A stretch of DNA of 62,892 nucleotides, filler included, from Psammoneis japonica (taxonomy: Eukaryota), in the NCBI GenBank assembly GCA_008632985.1. It is 3 parts of 3 records of this genome, joined end to end, with 100 filler letters (N's around TTAATTAATTAA, not from the genome) between each part and the next. Parts side by side here need not be neighbours in the genome. Positions count along the whole stretch, not along the records: positions 48,275 to 62,892 come from QPGO01000463.1; 2 more parts are not named here. One strand, 5' to 3'. Numbering within the stretch: position 1 is the stretch's first letter; every line of letters begins with the position of its first letter. The notes beneath the pieces are model-generated. The model did no database searches, was not told the origin of the DNA, and saw only the letters and a program-made list of their open reading frames with translations. Both the position numbers and the translations under genes were made by a program. This document shows, piece by piece, positions 60,501 to 62,892 of this stretch.

Positions 60501-62892
60501 GTTACAGGTTTGGTCGTGTGAAGAGAAATCGGTCCCCAGTCACAGCGGCTGCCGTCGCTCTTCAATGCCCGAACCACGAAGTGATTCTGTCCTTCATTCT
60601 CTACCACTCTTAATGTGACAGGTCCGCCAAAAGCAATGCCACCTTCTGGAATTATGGGCTCTGCGAACACGTGCAACTGAAATCGCTTCGCCGCAGAAGC
60701 TGCGGTCTGGGAGGAACCTCCTCCGTCGGCGCCACCAGCAGGCTCTACGTGAGTGCCAACACGAAGATACAGTTCCGAAGCGCCACGAACGAACGAGTTC
60801 GGAAATCCTTCTGGCTCGACGACTCGCAGATTTGTCCTTGCATCTAGGTTGTCACGTTCCACGTCTACTAGCGTTCCCGAAGATGCGGTTCTCTGTGACC
60901 TGCGAGCTTCCTTAGGACAACGGTGAAAAGAGTGTGCGTCAAGCCATGCTTCTTAAGGATCTCGTCCACGCAGAGTCCAAATCTCGGTAAAGTATTCTGT
61001 CGCGACACATCTTCTGATTGCATCGATTCTTTTTTATCCTTCGGTGCTTCGTCCATTCCCTTGTGCATGCGTAATTCGGACTCTCCTTTATCTTCAATAT
61101 GTGCCGCAACAAATGCAGCACGAATAACTCGGATAAAGTTAGATATGCCTGCCCTTCCTTCAACCACGCGTCGAAGTATTTCGCTCTTTACTGTGCGATA
61201 AACCAGCCCACCAACAGGGTGAACCAACTCTAATGCCCCGCAGCCCAACGCGCTGCTAGATGCCGAATTACTGGACAAGAATGATAAGGAAAAGTGCGAT
61301 CCCAGCCACCCAAAACCAGGCAACGGAACTGTTCTGTCTCTGTCAGTGCCGCGTTCGAAGGCATCCAAGATATCTTTGCATAGAACCTGCCTCACTGCAA
61401 ATTCATCCATCGCGGACGTGTGAGACTCTGTTCCATTGGAAGCCGACCGCCACAGCTGATCGTTGTTCCGGTCCTCTATTCAATTGTTAAAAATGAAACA
61501 AGAAGAAAAGGTCAGTAAATAAGACATCCCTGGCAAAGAGGTGCTTCCAAGAATAGGAGCTCACCAATCGGTGCGGCACCAACCACGCCACCAACAATCA
61601 CCTCTAGCTCCTCTTCTTCAATGTTCGGAACTGGTAGGAAGTCCAAGTTCCTGCTATTTAAGCCACTCGTAACGGCATATCTCTCCGAGAAAAAGACAGA
61701 CCCACTTGCACCTCCTGCGCAGAAGAAGCAAAGGCGAGGTAAGAGTTTGTCGAAACACGTCCATAGAAACGTATGCGATACAATACCTTCGCCTTGTGCC
61801 CCATGAGCGCGTTCGTAGAGACTCATGAGGAAGCATTCAAAAAGCGTGTGAATATAGCCGAAACCAACGTCATCATGCCCTCCAAGTGGCAAAGCAGCAA
61901 CAAGCCAGCCTCTCACCGCAGAACGCGCTTGGACAAACTGCAGCGATCGTCCGCCGTTGTAGTACGGGAGTCGGAAACCACCAACCGGTGGCAGCAGCCT
62001 TGAGTCCATAATGGCGCCCCCAAGGAATGGATTCACAAGAACTTCGGGACAACAGTGAAGAGCTCCACATGTGGACCCGCCATGGACGGCGTCAGGAATC
62101 CAAATCTGCGTGTATGACGCCGTTCGATAAGTTGGCAGCGCCAGAATATCCCGCATCAGTGACAAAGCACGATTTGAAACGCCAGAAGTGTTGGCTTCGA
62201 TCGTACGATGTATGCGGGTCGACATCTCGACGTGCCGACGTGCCAACGGAGCTAATACAATGTCTGTGTTTGGTAAGAGAGATGTATCTGCCTTTGCATG
62301 AATGAATTTCCGTTCGTAAATAGGTGCGATGTACATTTGTCGGACCCCCTCCCCATTTGCTCTCGCCTCATCTGCTACAAGCGATTGGTCTTCCGACGGT
62401 GAATCTCCCTCGGCCATGTTTTTCGTCCTCGTCGTCGTCGGATGATGCACTGTAGTATTCTGGATCCAACAGCTCCTTTAGTGGCGCGATCGTAAATCCC
62501 AGCGACCTAGCGGGAATTGGCGTCCATATGTTCGAACACCAAATGCTGGTGGCCATAATATTATCAACCGATCTTCCTGAAGGAATCACGTGCAGCTCGC
62601 CACTTCCTTTATCTCGCATTTCTTGCGCAAACCTTTGAACCAACTTTACATGCTCGCTCCCAAGCTTTATATTTGCACCGTCAGAGCCCGACAAGTCGTG
62701 AAGAAGAGTCGATTCCGTCCCAAAATCTTCCCCACACCCCGTTGGCGAAATACCCTCCTTCATTGGGGCCGAGACCTTCACTGCAATCTCATGGGATGCC
62801 CGGTGCTGAGCTGACGCCGAGTCCAGACAAGGTAGCCAACTTCGCGGGCCCTCGTGATCTCCCACAGTTCCACGTGTGGTGTACACGATTGG
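57592..62892 (-). CDS. TAF2: TFIID subunit 2 (M1-aminopeptidase-like fold), multi-exon, 5' end outside window, frameshifts
   Basis: PRSWLPCLDS, TPLLWVRADP, VRAQAALAIAQW and AISSVRAKDGMTPPSVLRFL across collinear minus-strand ORFs; inclusion of 57592-58860 is inferred. Confidence 0.75.

Overview
Eukaryotic scaffold from a draft assembly, most likely a diatom (inferred from gene families, short introns and TE types). It has four N-gaps, two containing an artificial TTAATTAATTAA linker, and many single-base frameshifts in conserved genes. Two compartments alternate. (1) Gene islands with normal composition: an inverted pair of secreted arylsulfatases, a CcmI/CycH-C-terminal-like protein, cytochrome c, WDR76, a ZIP transporter, ALG11, a Ulp1/C48 protease, a CRAL-TRIO-like gene, TRMT11 and TAF2. 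(2) Repeat and pseudogene domains (about 0.3-8.2, 11.9-16.6, 19.2-22.0 and 32.0-50.0 kb) from which TpA is almost absent and CpG is usually depleted. The main finding is that repeat-copy comparisons and decayed protein motifs show systematic TpA->TpG/CpA conversion (A->G on either strand). This is the reverse of fungal RIP, appears separable from CpG decay, and spares recently inserted MITEs and host genes, so it may be an undescribed repeat-targeted hypermutation or genome-defence process. Also present: related MITE families with 4-bp TSDs and central hairpins, a tRNA-promoter-bearing element bracketed by direct repeats, a Copia-type gag, and a decayed SF2 helicase with HA repeats. All alignments were done by eye; no counts or database searches were run.
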